This document shows, in pieces, positions 50,001 to 60,805 of a DNA stretch of 64,000 nucleotides. Numbering within the stretch: the first letter of the stretch is position 1; each line of letters opens with the position of its first letter. The notes beneath the pieces are model-generated. The model searched no databases, was not told where the DNA came from, and worked only from the letters and a program-made list of their open reading frames with translations. The DNA is from Gammaproteobacteria bacterium (GTDB taxonomy: Bacteria; Pseudomonadota; Gammaproteobacteria; PS1; Pseudothioglobaceae): assembly GCA_030611725.1 (NCBI GenBank), contig JAUWPG010000001.1:12323-76322 (forward strand), in the 5' to 3' direction. The translations under genes and the position numbers were made by a program.

Positions 50001-50192
50001 CTAGGCCAGGGCAAATTTAACGACAACCATCACCAACATAATAAACACTATTGTCATTACTATACCGACAACGATATAAACCCATGGGCCTTGTTTTTCT
50101 GTGCGTTCAAAATCTTTAATCAGGTTTTCTCTTTTGCCGATACCAATCATGGCTGACGTTACCGCTTTAAATACTTGTGCCAATCCTTTCAC
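50001..50192 (-). CDS. DUF2970-like small membrane protein
   Basis: 63 aa. Amphipathic N-terminus plus one TM helix; cox-cluster context. Confidence 0.5.
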   Translation of the reverse strand: MKGLAQVFKAVTSAMIGIGKRENLIKDFERTEKQGPWVYIVVGIVMTIVFIMLVMVVVKFALA

Positions 50193-50211
50193 AAAAGTCC
50201 TTTTTGCTTGT

Positions 50212-51093
50212 TTATAGCCTAATAAGCCAATAATGATCGACCAGTAGTGCTACAAATAATAACATTAAATAGTTGACTGAGAACGTAAATGTAGCCCAAG
50301 CTATTTTATCATCATCAGGGTTTCTGTATATTTTGATCGAATATGCCAAGAACATAAAGCCCAAAATTAAGGCAGCAGCAAGATAAATCAAACCTGACAT
50401 ACCCGCCAAATAAGGCAGCAGTGTTACCAACAATAACAATACCGTGTAAAGCAAAATTTGTACTCTAGTGTAGGCCAAACCATGTGTTACTGGTAGCATC
50501 GGCACATCGACTTTTTTGTATTCTTCAACTCGATAAATAGCCAATGCCCAGAAATGTGGTGGCGTCCAGATAAACACAATTAAAAACAAAAGAAGTGCGT
50601 ATTCAATGCCTTGCATACCGGTAATTGCCGTCCAGCCAAGCACTGGTGGTGCGGCACCTGCAGCACCACCGATCACAATATTTTGTGGAGTTGCACGCTT
50701 TAAATACATGGTGTAGATCACCGCATAACCAATTAAAGAGATAAAAGTGAGCACCGTGGTGATGGTGTTAACAAATAATTGCAAAACACCCAAACCAATC
50801 ACACCTAAAAATACCCCCCAAACCAGCGCTTGATTACGGCTCACTTTACCTTGCGGCAGGGGGCGCTGATTGGTACGTGACATCTGCATGTCAATTTGCT
50901 CATCAACCACATGATTAAACACCGCTGCAGATGCTGAGGCCATACTAATGCCAATTGAGGCGCTAATAACTAACCATGCATCAGGTAAAAATGGCGCTGG
51001 CACGGCTAAGAACATGCCTACTACAGCCGTTAATAAAATAAGCGCAACAACTTTGAGTTTGCACAAACCAAGTAAATCAATTAATGAGGGCAT
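50212..51093 (-). CDS. ctaB: Protoheme IX farnesyltransferase (heme O synthase)
   Basis: 293 aa. UbiA-superfamily motifs NHVVDEQIDMQMSRTNQRPLP, TPPHFWALA. Confidence 0.92.
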   Translation of the reverse strand: MPSLIDLLGLCKLKVVALILLTAVVGMFLAVPAPFLPDAWLVISASIGISMASASAAVFNHVVDEQIDMQMSRTNQRPLPQGKVSRNQALVWGVFLGVIGLGVLQLFVNTITTVLTFISLIGYAVIYTMYLKRATPQNIVIGGAAGAAPPVLGWTAITGMQGIEYALLLFLIVFIWTPPHFWALAIYRVEEYKKVDVPMLPVTHGLAYTRVQILLYTVLLLLVTLLPYLAGMSGLIYLAAALILGFMFLAYSIKIYRNPDDDKIAWATFTFSVNYLMLLFVALLVDHYWLIRL

Positions 51094-51105
51094 AACAATC
51101 TCCGT

Positions 51106-51657
51106 TTAACCTATGCGTGATAATTTAAGCAGGCGTTTCAGGTCTTTAAGTACAAGCTTAATCACCAATGTTTGTGGGTTGTAATGTAGCATAACATTGC
51201 CCAAGGGATCAATTAAAAACAAGGTGTTGTTTGGGAACCTCCCTAATTGTTGTCTGAGTGCCTCACTCGGTTGGGCAATCAATAAACCGGGCTCTGTAAT
51301 ATCGGTAGTGCCATTAATTAATAATAATCGCTGAATACGGCGCATGTTCTCGTTCACTAGTGTGCGTGTGAGCTTCATATCTTTAAGTGTGTTTATACAG
51401 GCATCATCACACTGATTAGTCACATATGCCAACGTCCATAAGCCTTGTAAACTGCCCTTAGAACCCTTAGCAAAAACCACATCTTGTTCTTTTGTGGCAA
51501 TGATTGGATTAACAAACTCTCCGTAATTAACCGTATTGCCGGTGAAGGCGGTCGGATTCCAATAGAAAAACGCTGTGCCGAGCGCAATTGGCAAGATAAA
51601 TGAGGACAACAATACCCATAATTCTTTTTTAGAGTTCATAAAAACCTTGTTTTGCAA
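51106..51657 (-). CDS. Membrane-anchored SCO1-like thioredoxin-fold protein (CDDAC in place of CxxxC/CPDVC)
   Basis: 183 aa. LWTLAYVTNQCDDACINTL parallels the SCO1 motif. Located immediately downstream of ctaB. Confidence 0.45.
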   Translation of the reverse strand: MQNKVFMNSKKELWVLLSSFILPIALGTAFFYWNPTAFTGNTVNYGEFVNPIIATKEQDVVFAKGSKGSLQGLWTLAYVTNQCDDACINTLKDMKLTRTLVNENMRRIQRLLLINGTTDITEPGLLIAQPSEALRQQLGRFPNNTLFLIDPLGNVMLHYNPQTLVIKLVLKDLKRLLKLSRIG

Positions 51658-51705
51658 AGCGCAAAATTATACGCTTAAGTCGTTAAAAAATCAATATCGA
51701 TAAAG

Positions 51706-52479
51706 CTACAGTCTAACCTCTATGCCATTTTTCTGCATAGCAAGTTTTGCTTCAGTAACTGTATATTCACCAAAATGGAAAATACTAGCCGCTAGCACTG
51801 CATCAGCACCACCCCTTAACACACCTTCAGATAAATGTTCTAAATTGCCCACACCACCTGAGGCAATTACTGGCACATTAACTGCATCTGAGACTGCTTT
51901 TGTGAGCGCCAAATCAAAGCCGGTTTTAACGCCATCACAATCCATCGAAGTTAACAATACTTCGCCTGCACCACACTCACCCTCAGTCATCTTGACCGCC
52001 CACTCAACAGCATCAATACCTGTGGTTTGACGCCCACCATGGGTAAAAATCTCCCACTTTGGTGGATTGTTTGACACTTGTTTGGCGTCAATGGCGATAA
52101 CAATACACTGCGAGCCAAATTTTTCACTCAGCTCATTAATCAAGTCAGGGTTAAAAATCGCCGCTGAATTCACCGCTACTTTGTCAGCGCCTGCATTGAG
52201 CATTGCGCGCACATCTTCAGCTTTGCGAATACCACCACCAACGGTTAATGGAATAAACACTTGCTCGGCGATACTTTCCACCATATGTGCGGTAGTATCA
52301 CGCCCTTCGTGCGAGGCTGTAATGTCTAAGAACGTAATCTCATCAGCACCCTCAAGGTCATAACGTTTGGCCACTTCAACAGGATCTCCAGCATCTTTAA
52401 TATCAACAAATTGCACACCTTTAACCACACGACCATCGCGCACATCAAGACAAGGAATGATTCTTTTAGCTAAGCTCAT
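51706..52479 (-). CDS. hisF: Imidazole glycerol phosphate synthase cyclase subunit
   Basis: 257 aa. [27 protein letters not shown]. Confidence 0.95.
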   Translation of the reverse strand: MSLAKRIIPCLDVRDGRVVKGVQFVDIKDAGDPVEVAKRYDLEGADEITFLDITASHEGRDTTAHMVESIAEQVFIPLTVGGGIRKAEDVRAMLNAGADKVAVNSAAIFNPDLINELSEKFGSQCIVIAIDAKQVSNNPPKWEIFTHGGRQTTGIDAVEWAVKMTEGECGAGEVLLTSMDCDGVKTGFDLALTKAVSDAVNVPVIASGGVGNLEHLSEGVLRGGADAVLAASIFHFGEYTVTEAKLAMQKNGIEVRL

Positions 52480-52546
52480 AAATGTAATTTTACCGTATTT
52501 ATACTTTCAAAAGGTTGGTGCCGACCTATGGGTATAATTACCGCTC

Positions 52547-53260
52547 ATGATCACACCCAAACACATTGCAATTATTATGGACGGCAACGGCCGTTGGGCA
52601 TCAAAACGCTATTTACCACGCATACAAGGTCACAAAAAAGGGATTAAGGCTGTGCGTGAGGCGGTTAAAAACTGCAATAATCTCGGTGTTGAGACGCTCA
52701 CGCTTTTTGCTTTTAGCAGTGAAAATAAAAACCGTTCTAACAATGAGGTTTCTTTGTTATTCAAATTGTTTCTCAACGTTTTAAAAAAGGAAACCAACAA
52801 ACTAAATAAATACAATGTTAGGCTAAAAATTATTGGCGATATGGGCTTATTTCCGCAAGAAATCCAACAAGCTGCAATCGATGCACAAACATTACTGGCT
52901 AACAACAGTGGGCTAACCTTGGTGATTGCCGCTAACTACGGCGGACAATGGGACATTGCACAAGCAGCTCAGAAGCTTGCCAAACAGGCTGTTGATGGTA
53001 AAATTAATTCAGACGAAATCAACATTGAGTCCTTCGAAAAATACATGTCTTTGGCAGACCAGCCTAAAGTTGACTTACTGATTCGTACCAGCGGTGAACT
53101 TAGAATCAGTAATTTCTTACTGTGGGATATTGCTTATAGCGAACTCTATTTCACTGACATTTTGTGGCCCGATTTTAACTCAACAGAACTCGACAAAGCC
53201 ATTGTAAGCTTTAACAATCGCGACCGTCGTTTTGGCTCGCGCAAGGACAAAGCATGTTAA
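52547..53260 (+). CDS. uppS: Ditrans,polycis-undecaprenyl-diphosphate synthase
   Basis: 237 aa. HIAIIMDGNGRWA, FAFSSEN, RTSGE.RISNFLLW. Confidence 0.93.
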   Translation: MITPKHIAIIMDGNGRWASKRYLPRIQGHKKGIKAVREAVKNCNNLGVETLTLFAFSSENKNRSNNEVSLLFKLFLNVLKKETNKLNKYNVRLKIIGDMGLFPQEIQQAAIDAQTLLANNSGLTLVIAANYGGQWDIAQAAQKLAKQAVDGKINSDEINIESFEKYMSLADQPKVDLLIRTSGELRISNFLLWDIAYSELYFTDILWPDFNSTELDKAIVSFNNRDRRFGSRKDKAC

Positions 53261-54063
53261 GCGGATTAGCGCAAAGAAGTATTACCGCGTTGGTTTTAGC
53301 GCCTTTATTTATTTGGGCAATATTTGCCATGCCTAAACACTATTTTTCATACTTATTGCTGGCATTCGTCGCACTGGGTGCTTTAGAGTTTTCACGCTTA
53401 ATTAAAATTAATCAGCTTGCCGGTAGAATACTGTTTACTGTGTTTATTGTTGGCTGTGCATGGATTGCAAATAACCATGGAGGTAACTTACAAACACTGC
53501 TTTATGTCTCCATCGCTTGGTGGTTTTTAAACTTATTTTGGGTGTTTAGTTATCCTAATAATGCTCAAGCTTGGTTTGGTTCTGGCATTATTCGAGTGAT
53601 GAATGGTGTTATGTTGTTGGTACCGATGTGGGTTGCTTTGGTTAATCTACAAGCACAACACGGTGCGTCTTATTTTCTGTTGTTGATGGCGCTAATTTGG
53701 GGTGCTGATTCGGGCGCTTACTTTGTTGGCATAAAATTTGGAAAACACAAGCTTGCACCTAAAGTCAGCCCGGGAAAATCAATCGAAGGCGTAATGGGTG
53801 GCGTTATTTTTGCACTGATCGTGATGATTGTTTTCTTACAGACCCAAGCTATTGACTCAGAAAAATACCTGAGTTATTTAGTTTTGGCGATTATTGTGTC
53901 TAGCGTTTCGGTGTTAGGCGACTTATTTGAGAGCCTGTTTAAGCGTGAATCTGGTATGAAGGACAGTGGGCAAATCCTACCGGGTCATGGTGGTATTCTC
54001 GATCGCATTGACTCACTCACTGCAGCTGCACCATTTTTCTTGGTCGGATTAAATCTACTATGA
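53254..54063 (+). CDS. cdsA: Phosphatidate cytidylyltransferase
   Basis: 269 aa polytopic. SLFKRESGMKDSG..LPGHGGILDRIDS. Confidence 0.9.
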   Translation: MLSGLAQRSITALVLAPLFIWAIFAMPKHYFSYLLLAFVALGALEFSRLIKINQLAGRILFTVFIVGCAWIANNHGGNLQTLLYVSIAWWFLNLFWVFSYPNNAQAWFGSGIIRVMNGVMLLVPMWVALVNLQAQHGASYFLLLMALIWGADSGAYFVGIKFGKHKLAPKVSPGKSIEGVMGGVIFALIVMIVFLQTQAIDSEKYLSYLVLAIIVSSVSVLGDLFESLFKRESGMKDSGQILPGHGGILDRIDSLTAAAPFFLVGLNLL

Positions 54064-55211
54064 AAAATATCACTTTATTAGGTGCTACTGGCTCCATCGG
54101 GAAAAGCACCCTGTCTGTGGTTGACCAACACAGTGATAAATTTAACATCTTCGCGCTTAGTGCTAATACCAGCTGGGAGAAAATGGCCGAATTGTGTCAT
54201 CAATACCGGCCAAAATTTGCAGTAATGATGGATGAAAATGCAGCGTCACAATTGCAAAGCGTGATTAATAACGACACTCAGGTGCTTAGTGGTGAACAAG
54301 CCTTATGTGATGTTGCAGCGCACGAACAAACCGACTATGTGATGGCGGCAATTGTTGGCTCTGCAGGCATGTCTTCAGCGCTTTCTGCCGCTAGGGCGGG
54401 CAAGCGCATCATGCTAGCCAACAAAGAATCTTTAGTCTTAGCGGGTGACATCTTTATGGATGCGGTTAAGCGCTCTGGCGCAGAGCTCATTCCTGTTGAT
54501 TCAGAACACAGTGCTATTTTTCAGTGTTTGCAAAGCGGTCGCTCTGGCTTAAGTAAAATTCAACTGACTGCCAGTGGCGGGCCATTCTTGCACACGCCAA
54601 TTAATGAGTTGCAATCAATCACACCTGATGAGGCTTGTGCTCATCCGAACTGGAGCATGGGTCGTAAAATCTCAGTTGATTCTGCCACCATGATGAACAA
54701 AGGCCTGGAAGTGATTGAAGCTTATTATTTATTTGCGCTTAAACCCGAACAAATCGATGTGGTAATACACCCACAGAGCATTATTCACTCTTCAGTTTAT
54801 TATAAAGATGGATCTACCTTGTCTCAACTCGGCAATCCAGATATGCGCAGTGTAATTTCATATGCAATGGCTTATCCTCGGCGTATTAGTGCTGGCGTAG
54901 CACCACTTGATTTGGCCAACAATTCACCGTTAGAATTTTATGCGCCTGATCTTGATAAATTTGCCTGCCTAAGATTGGCTTTTGACGCACTGAAACAAGG
55001 TGGTAGCGCTATGGGCACCATGAATGCTGCCAACGAAGTCGCCGTTGATGCGTTTTTAAGTCATAAAATTAAGTTTTTAGACGTTCCAGACGTTATTGAA
55101 AAAACCCTTAATCAGGCGCAACATGTAACACACACTAGCTTAGATGAGATTATCGCTAACGACCAAAGTGTACGTGAAATTGCCACACAAATTGTTAAAC
55201 AACATGCTTAA
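54060..55211 (+). CDS. dxr: 1-deoxy-D-xylulose 5-phosphate reductoisomerase
   Basis: 383 aa. LGATGSIGKSTL, LANKESLV, PVDSEHSAIFQ. Confidence 0.95.
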   Translation: MKNITLLGATGSIGKSTLSVVDQHSDKFNIFALSANTSWEKMAELCHQYRPKFAVMMDENAASQLQSVINNDTQVLSGEQALCDVAAHEQTDYVMAAIVGSAGMSSALSAARAGKRIMLANKESLVLAGDIFMDAVKRSGAELIPVDSEHSAIFQCLQSGRSGLSKIQLTASGGPFLHTPINELQSITPDEACAHPNWSMGRKISVDSATMMNKGLEVIEAYYLFALKPEQIDVVIHPQSIIHSSVYYKDGSTLSQLGNPDMRSVISYAMAYPRRISAGVAPLDLANNSPLEFYAPDLDKFACLRLAFDALKQGGSAMGTMNAANEVAVDAFLSHKIKFLDVPDVIEKTLNQAQHVTHTSLDEIIANDQSVREIATQIVKQHA

Positions 55212-56049
55212 ACACGCTTTATTCTTAATTGCCGTCTTAGGGCTTTTAAACACAGGCAATGTATTGGCACGTGGCGCCAATACGCCTGAATACGCTACCA
55301 TTTACATTACTCGTTCACTAAATTATGATGCGCGAAAAGCCAACATCAACCCTAAAATTGTTGACACTATCGTCCGCATATTTTCATGGGAAATTGATTT
55401 TAATAAAGACTTACAAAAGGGGGACCGCTTTATTATTGTTGGTAACGGCGGCACTCATCCAAGTGCGATAATCTACCTTGGTGCAAATAAACGTGTGGCT
55501 GTCTTTGCTTATACTGATAAACATGGTCAAAACAATTATTACGATATTAACGGTAAGTCGCTATATCCTTCTTTTTTAAAGGCGCCTTTAAAATATGACC
55601 GAATCAGCTCTAAATTTCAAAGAAAACGTTTTCATCCTATTTTAAAAACCTGGAAACCACACAGGGCTGTCGATTTTGCTGCAAAATCAGGTACGCCTGT
55701 TTATTCAGTAGCCAGTGGTGTAATTCAACACCGAAAACGAATGGGCGCATTAGGCAATGTTGTCTACATCAAACATGGTAGCAACTACACCACAGTATAT
55801 GGCCATTTATCCAGGTTTTCTCACGGCCTCAAACCCTCATCAAAAGTTAAAAAAGGTCAAGTAATCGGCTATGTGGGATCAACGGGACGTTCAACGGGGC
55901 CTCATTTGCATTACGAATTACGCTATAACGGTATAAGGCAAAATCCACTCACTTATAGATTGCCCAAGCAAAAAAATGTAGGCACAACAGACCTGTGGAA
56001 CTTTAAAAACAAAGCCAACAAAATTCTAAACAGCTTAAGAAGCTACTGA
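55204..56049 (+). CDS. M23-family metallopeptidase (secreted)
   Basis: Signal peptide MLKHALFLIAVLGLLNTGNVLA. HRAVDF, and GSTGRSTGPHLHYE zinc motif. The ATG at 55204 overlaps the dxr stop. Confidence 0.85.
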   Translation: MLKHALFLIAVLGLLNTGNVLARGANTPEYATIYITRSLNYDARKANINPKIVDTIVRIFSWEIDFNKDLQKGDRFIIVGNGGTHPSAIIYLGANKRVAVFAYTDKHGQNNYYDINGKSLYPSFLKAPLKYDRISSKFQRKRFHPILKTWKPHRAVDFAAKSGTPVYSVASGVIQHRKRMGALGNVVYIKHGSNYTTVYGHLSRFSHGLKPSSKVKKGQVIGYVGSTGRSTGPHLHYELRYNGIRQNPLTYRLPKQKNVGTTDLWNFKNKANKILNSLRSY

Positions 56050-56654
56050 CGCTCTAACCATTTTTTCCAATTACTGGAACGAAGTGTTTTCCAGTGCCCA
56101 CTATTGACGCGTTGTGTTTGATAAGCTTTTGCTCCCTTAACATTGTTTAGAATTGCAAAAGCCAAAAGCTCTCCAATGCGCTGAGGTCTTTTAGTGCCTG
56201 GCACCAAAGATTCGTTTCTAATCACAGTAGCAACAAAGGCTGATTGTGCATTTCCATGAACCTCAAAAGATTCCTCGAACAAGTTAAGCGCCAAAAATTC
56301 GTTCTTAACAAAACCGTTGTCGCCATCAAGTAAATATAGCCCATACTCATACAATGCAGGGTCATAACTTTGTCTCACCAATTTGATTAATATCTCGTTA
56401 GCGCCGCGCTCATGTGGCGGATATTTCATCAACGGATTTCCCTGACGAACCTGCTTAGAAGACTCGTATAAAGCGTCTAGATCATATAAATCAAAAGCGC
56501 CTTTAAGCAATAAAGATTGGCCTCGCATCACAATATCACGTGACCCTATTTCATTACCGGTTTGAATTAGACGAAGCGCGCCATCAGAAAGTGGCGATGC
56601 CGATACAAGCGAAGCAACTAACAATAAGGCAATTAAAAAAATATTTTTCATCAT
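56043..56654 (-). CDS. Hypothetical secreted protein
   Basis: 203 aa. Signal peptide MMKNIFLIALLLVASLVSAS. Helical-repeat-like composition; no family recognised. Confidence 0.5.
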   Translation of the reverse strand: MMKNIFLIALLLVASLVSASPLSDGALRLIQTGNEIGSRDIVMRGQSLLLKGAFDLYDLDALYESSKQVRQGNPLMKYPPHERGANEILIKLVRQSYDPALYEYGLYLLDGDNGFVKNEFLALNLFEESFEVHGNAQSAFVATVIRNESLVPGTKRPQRIGELLAFAILNNVKGAKAYQTQRVNSGHWKTLRSSNWKKWLERQ

Positions 56655-56751
56655 AGGGTGGCTTTGTATTCTACCCTATAAAGGTAAATATATGCGCAAT
56701 CGCAAGCGCCCCATTGTTAAGGATTAAGGTTAAAATAACAACAATCGATTA

Positions 56752-57645
56752 TTGCTAAATACACACTTGCAAACACTATTTGAAACCGAACTTAGCCTGC
56801 CGCTTATTCAAAAAGGAAAGGTACGAGACCTCTACGATATTGACGATAAACGCATGCTGATTATCACTACCGATCGACTCAGTGCGTTTGATGTTGTTTT
56901 CGACGAACCAATCGCTCAAAAAGGTGTTGTACTCACCAGTGTTGCTAACTTTTGGTTTAATAAAACTCAGCACATTATCCCTAACCATTTAACCCTCGAG
57001 CCTCTGAGCAATGTTTTAAGTCCGGAAGAGGTTAAACAGGTTGAAGGTCGTGCAGTCATAGTTAAAAAACTCAAGCCACTTGCGGTTGAGGCGATTGTGC
57101 GTGGTTATTTAATTGGCTCTGGCTGGAAAGATTACCAACAAACAGGCGCAGTTTGTGGCATTACACTACCAAACAATCTTGATCTTGCTGCAAAATTACC
57201 AAGTACGCTTTACACGCCATCCACCAAAGCCGCTTTGGGCGAACATGACATGAATGTTGATTTTGAAAAAACGATTGAAATCCTGGGCGAAAACATAGCC
57301 AATCAAGTCAAAAAAGTCAGCCTTAAGATTTACCAATTTGCGGCTGATTACGCATTAGAGCGTGGCATTATTATTGCCGACACTAAGTTTGAATTTGGTC
57401 TCGATGAAAACAATCAGCTTACTTTGATGGACGAGGTGCTTACGCCAGACTCTTCACGATTTTGGTCAAAGGAAGACTACCAGGTGGGCATCAGCCCAAA
57501 AAGTTTTGATAAGCAAATTGTGCGTGACTACTTGGAAACATTAGACTGGGATAAAACGCCACCCGCCCCAACACTGCCAGAACATATCATTCAAAAAACA
57601 GCTGACAAATATCTCGAAGTACAGTCGCGACTAACCCAAATCTGA
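56752..57645 (+). CDS. purC: Phosphoribosylaminoimidazole-succinocarboxamide synthase (long form)
   Basis: 297 aa. GKVRDLY, TDRLSAFD, ADTKFEFG. Non-ATG (TTG) start in the tracked ORF. Confidence 0.92.
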   Translation: MLNTHLQTLFETELSLPLIQKGKVRDLYDIDDKRMLIITTDRLSAFDVVFDEPIAQKGVVLTSVANFWFNKTQHIIPNHLTLEPLSNVLSPEEVKQVEGRAVIVKKLKPLAVEAIVRGYLIGSGWKDYQQTGAVCGITLPNNLDLAAKLPSTLYTPSTKAALGEHDMNVDFEKTIEILGENIANQVKKVSLKIYQFAADYALERGIIIADTKFEFGLDENNQLTLMDEVLTPDSSRFWSKEDYQVGISPKSFDKQIVRDYLETLDWDKTPPAPTLPEHIIQKTADKYLEVQSRLTQI

Positions 57646-57649
57646 CCTC

Positions 57650-58450
57650 ATGCAGCTAAGCGGACTTATTAGAAAAATGCACACCCGCCTCAACTTAGGC
57701 ACCGTGCAATATCAATTACCAATTGGGGATAAGTTGCTAAACATGAACGACTTGATTGGCGAGAACATTCAGCTTGAATTTACTGGTCAAATCCGTTGTG
57801 CAAATTGTGGTGTGGTCACCAAAAAGAGCTATTCTCAAGGCTACTGCTACCCTTGTTGTCAAAAACTTGCCAGTTGTGACTTGTGCATTATGAAGCCTGA
57901 AACTTGCCACCATCATCTCGGCACCTGTAGAGAGCCAGAATGGGGGCTGGAAAACTGCTTTGTGCCACATATTATTTATTTAGCCAATTCATCAGGCGTC
58001 AAAGTGGGCATTACACGCAAGTCTAACATTCCCAGTCGATGGATCGATCAAGGTGCTGTGAGCGCACTGCCGATACTAGAAGTAGACGCTCGTCTTAAGT
58101 CTGGGCAAATCGAAGTCGCTTTGAAGGCGTTTGTTAACGACAAAACCAATTGGCGAAAAATGCTCAAAAACGAAGTGGATTCAATTGACCTTCAAAAAGC
58201 GTGTGAAGACCTGTTGCCAAAGGTGCAAAATTTGGCTGACAAATTAGGCGCCACAACGCTAAATAACGAGACTTTTGAAATCAATTACCCTGTGGTAGAA
58301 TACCCAAGCAAAATTAGCTCGCTAAATTTTGACAAAACACCAGTTATTTCAGGTGTTTTAAAGGGCATTAAAGGGCAATATTTAATTTTGGATTGTGGCG
58401 TACTCAACATTAGAAAATTTGGCTCTTACGATATAACATTAACTTATTAG
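57650..58450 (+). CDS. DUF2797-like zinc-ribbon protein
   Basis: 266 aa. Cys clusters [34 protein letters not shown], then [20 protein letters not shown]. Confidence 0.6.
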   Translation: MQLSGLIRKMHTRLNLGTVQYQLPIGDKLLNMNDLIGENIQLEFTGQIRCANCGVVTKKSYSQGYCYPCCQKLASCDLCIMKPETCHHHLGTCREPEWGLENCFVPHIIYLANSSGVKVGITRKSNIPSRWIDQGAVSALPILEVDARLKSGQIEVALKAFVNDKTNWRKMLKNEVDSIDLQKACEDLLPKVQNLADKLGATTLNNETFEINYPVVEYPSKISSLNFDKTPVISGVLKGIKGQYLILDCGVLNIRKFGSYDITLTY

Positions 58451-58457
58451 GAAAATT

Positions 58458-58784
58458 ATGGCAGATTTAATCATTGAAGAACTAAGCTTAGGCGAAGGCA
58501 TTAAAGCAAAATCAGGTGATCATATTTCAGTACACTATACAGGCTGGCTCACCAACGGAAAAAAATTTGATTCTAGTGTTGATCGTAACGATCCGTTTGA
58601 CTTTCAACTGGGTGTTGGACAGGTTATTCCTGGTTGGGATCAAGGCGTTGAAGGCATGCAGGTTGGCGCTAAACGCAAACTTACCATCCCTTCAAGTTTG
58701 GCTTATGGACCTATTGGGGCGGGCGGCTTAATTCCACCTGATGCAACCCTTGTTTTTGAAGTGGAATTACTGGTAATAAAATAA
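58458..58784 (+). CDS. FKBP-type peptidyl-prolyl cis-trans isomerase
   Basis: 108 aa. [39 protein letters not shown]. Confidence 0.92.
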   Translation: MADLIIEELSLGEGIKAKSGDHISVHYTGWLTNGKKFDSSVDRNDPFDFQLGVGQVIPGWDQGVEGMQVGAKRKLTIPSSLAYGPIGAGGLIPPDATLVFEVELLVIK

Positions 58785-59972
58785 ATGAATACAGACTTCC
58801 CTCGAATTAAGCGCTTGCCTGCTTACGTTTTTGCCGTTACCAACGAGCTAAAATCTAAGGCGCGTGCACGCGGCGAGGATATTATTGACTTTGGCATGGG
58901 CAACCCTGACCAGCCCACCCCTGATCACATTGTTGAAAAATTGGTAGAGGCAGCACGCCGCAAAGACACGCATCGCTACTCTACTTCTCGAGGCATTCCA
59001 CGTCTAAGGCGCGCTATTGCCAACTGGTACAAAACCCGTTTTAATGTTAGTTTAGACCCGGAAACTGAAACCATTGTCACCATTGGCTCCAAAGAAGGTC
59101 TGGCCAACTTAGCTCAAGCAGTAGTTGGCAATGGCGATACAGTTTTAGTGCCAAATCCAGCCTATCCAATCCACCCTTATGGTTTTGTGATTGCGGGTGC
59201 CGATATTCAACATGTGCCTTGCGGCCCTGATGATGATTTTTTTGCGGAGCTAGAACGCTCAATTAAAAACACCTTTCCCAAACCTAAAATGCTGGTGCTT
59301 AATTATCCATCTAACCCAACCACTGAATGTGTCGAGTTAGAATTTTTTGAGCGTGTTATTAAAATTGCTAAAGAACACGAGATTTGGGTGGTTCAAGACC
59401 TGGCTTATGCCGATATTGTTTTTGATGGTTACGTGGCACCAAGCATTCTTCAGGTTGAAGGCGCCAAAGATGTTGCGGTTGAATTTTTCTCTTTATCAAA
59501 AAGCTACAATATGCCAGGTTGGCGTGTGGGCTTTATGGTCGGCAACCCAACGCTTGTTGCCGCTTTGGCAAAGATAAAGTCCTACCTTGATTACGGCATG
59601 TTTACCCCAATTCAAGTAGCTGCTATTGAAGCATTAGAAGGTGATCAAAGCTGCGTTAAAGAAATTTCAAACATGTATCAAGATCGTCGCGATGCATTAT
59701 GTGATGGACTACAATCGATTGGGTGGGACGTCACACCACCTAAAGCCACCATGTTTGTTTGGGCAAAAATCCCTAAATTTTATCAAGAACTGGGCTCGCT
59801 CGAATTTACCAAAAAATTATTAAAAGTTGCTAAAGTTGGCGTTTCTCCTGGTGTTGGCTTTGGCGATTATGGTGATAATTACGTGCGTTTTGGTTTAATT
59901 GAAAATGAACACCGCACTCGTCAAGCGGTACGCGGTATCCGTGAAATGTTTAAGCAAGACGGATTATTGTGA
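58785..59972 (+). CDS. Class I/II PLP-dependent aminotransferase (AlaC/aspartate-aminotransferase-like)
   Basis: 395 aa. [26 protein letters not shown] (PLP lysine). Confidence 0.85.
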   Translation: MNTDFPRIKRLPAYVFAVTNELKSKARARGEDIIDFGMGNPDQPTPDHIVEKLVEAARRKDTHRYSTSRGIPRLRRAIANWYKTRFNVSLDPETETIVTIGSKEGLANLAQAVVGNGDTVLVPNPAYPIHPYGFVIAGADIQHVPCGPDDDFFAELERSIKNTFPKPKMLVLNYPSNPTTECVELEFFERVIKIAKEHEIWVVQDLAYADIVFDGYVAPSILQVEGAKDVAVEFFSLSKSYNMPGWRVGFMVGNPTLVAALAKIKSYLDYGMFTPIQVAAIEALEGDQSCVKEISNMYQDRRDALCDGLQSIGWDVTPPKATMFVWAKIPKFYQELGSLEFTKKLLKVAKVGVSPGVGFGDYGDNYVRFGLIENEHRTRQAVRGIREMFKQDGLL

Positions 59973-60805
59973 AACTCTCAGCTGCAGAATTCAAACAATC
60001 AAACAACAAGCGCTTAACCCTGCTCGGTATGTCGGGTGTTGGCAAAACCCACCTGTCAAAATTGCTCAGCAATAAAGATAAATGGTATCACTATTCAGGT
60101 GATTATCGCATTGGTGCAGAGTACCTAAACAAGCCCATTCTTGACAATATTAAGCAAAACATTAAACAAGATGCTTGGTTAGCTGCTTTGTTAGACAACG
60201 ACTCAATCAGCATTCAAAATCACATTACGTTTGACAATTTGTCTTCGGTCTCTGCATTTTTAGGCAAAGTTGGCAACCCCGAACAAGGAGGCCTGCCGAT
60301 TGATGAATTTACCCATCGTCAAGCACTACATCGAGAAGCCGAGGCTAGCACAATGCTGGATGTGCCTAAGTTTATTAAAAAATCTGGGCAACAAGGGTTT
60401 AATCATTTTATTAATGATGCAGGTGGTAGCTTGTGTGAGCTCGACGATGACAACGTTTACCAAACACTAGCTAAGCACACACTCATTCTCTATATTAGGG
60501 CCGGTAAGAGAAACGAATCTGCGCTGGTTGAGCGCGCACAAACACACCCTAAGCCTTTGTACTATCAAGCTGAGTTTTTAAAAACCCAGCTGTCTATTTA
60601 TTTGGCTGAACAAGATTTAACTTATGTAGCGCAAATCAATCCAGATGCTTTTGTTGGATGGATATTTCCGCGCTTACTTGAGCATCGTGTGCCAAAATAT
60701 GAAGCCATTGCCAATCAATATGGCTACACCATTGACAGCGAAGACTTGTATCAATGTAACAATGCTGATGAGGTGTTTAAGCTTATTTATGGAGCACTCG
60801 ACTAA
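59969..60805 (+). CDS. P-loop NTPase/kinase-like protein of unknown function
   Basis: 278 aa. Walker [13 protein letters not shown], later DAGGS and LILYIR..R segments reminiscent of a shikimate-kinase-like fold. GTG start overlaps the upstream stop; its own stop overlaps the metA ATG. Confidence 0.6.
   Translation: MKLSAAEFKQSNNKRLTLLGMSGVGKTHLSKLLSNKDKWYHYSGDYRIGAEYLNKPILDNIKQNIKQDAWLAALLDNDSISIQNHITFDNLSSVSAFLGKVGNPEQGGLPIDEFTHRQALHREAEASTMLDVPKFIKKSGQQGFNHFINDAGGSLCELDDDNVYQTLAKHTLILYIRAGKRNESALVERAQTHPKPLYYQAEFLKTQLSIYLAEQDLTYVAQINPDAFVGWIFPRLLEHRVPKYEAIANQYGYTIDSEDLYQCNNADEVFKLIYGALD

Noticed and set aside
56655-56751. Hairpin atagggt..accctat overlapping the start codon region of the 203-aa secreted gene and upstream of purC, considered as a purine-type riboswitch
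   Set aside because: It is far too short and lacks the conserved junction of a purine riboswitch. It is probably incidental or a simple translational hairpin.
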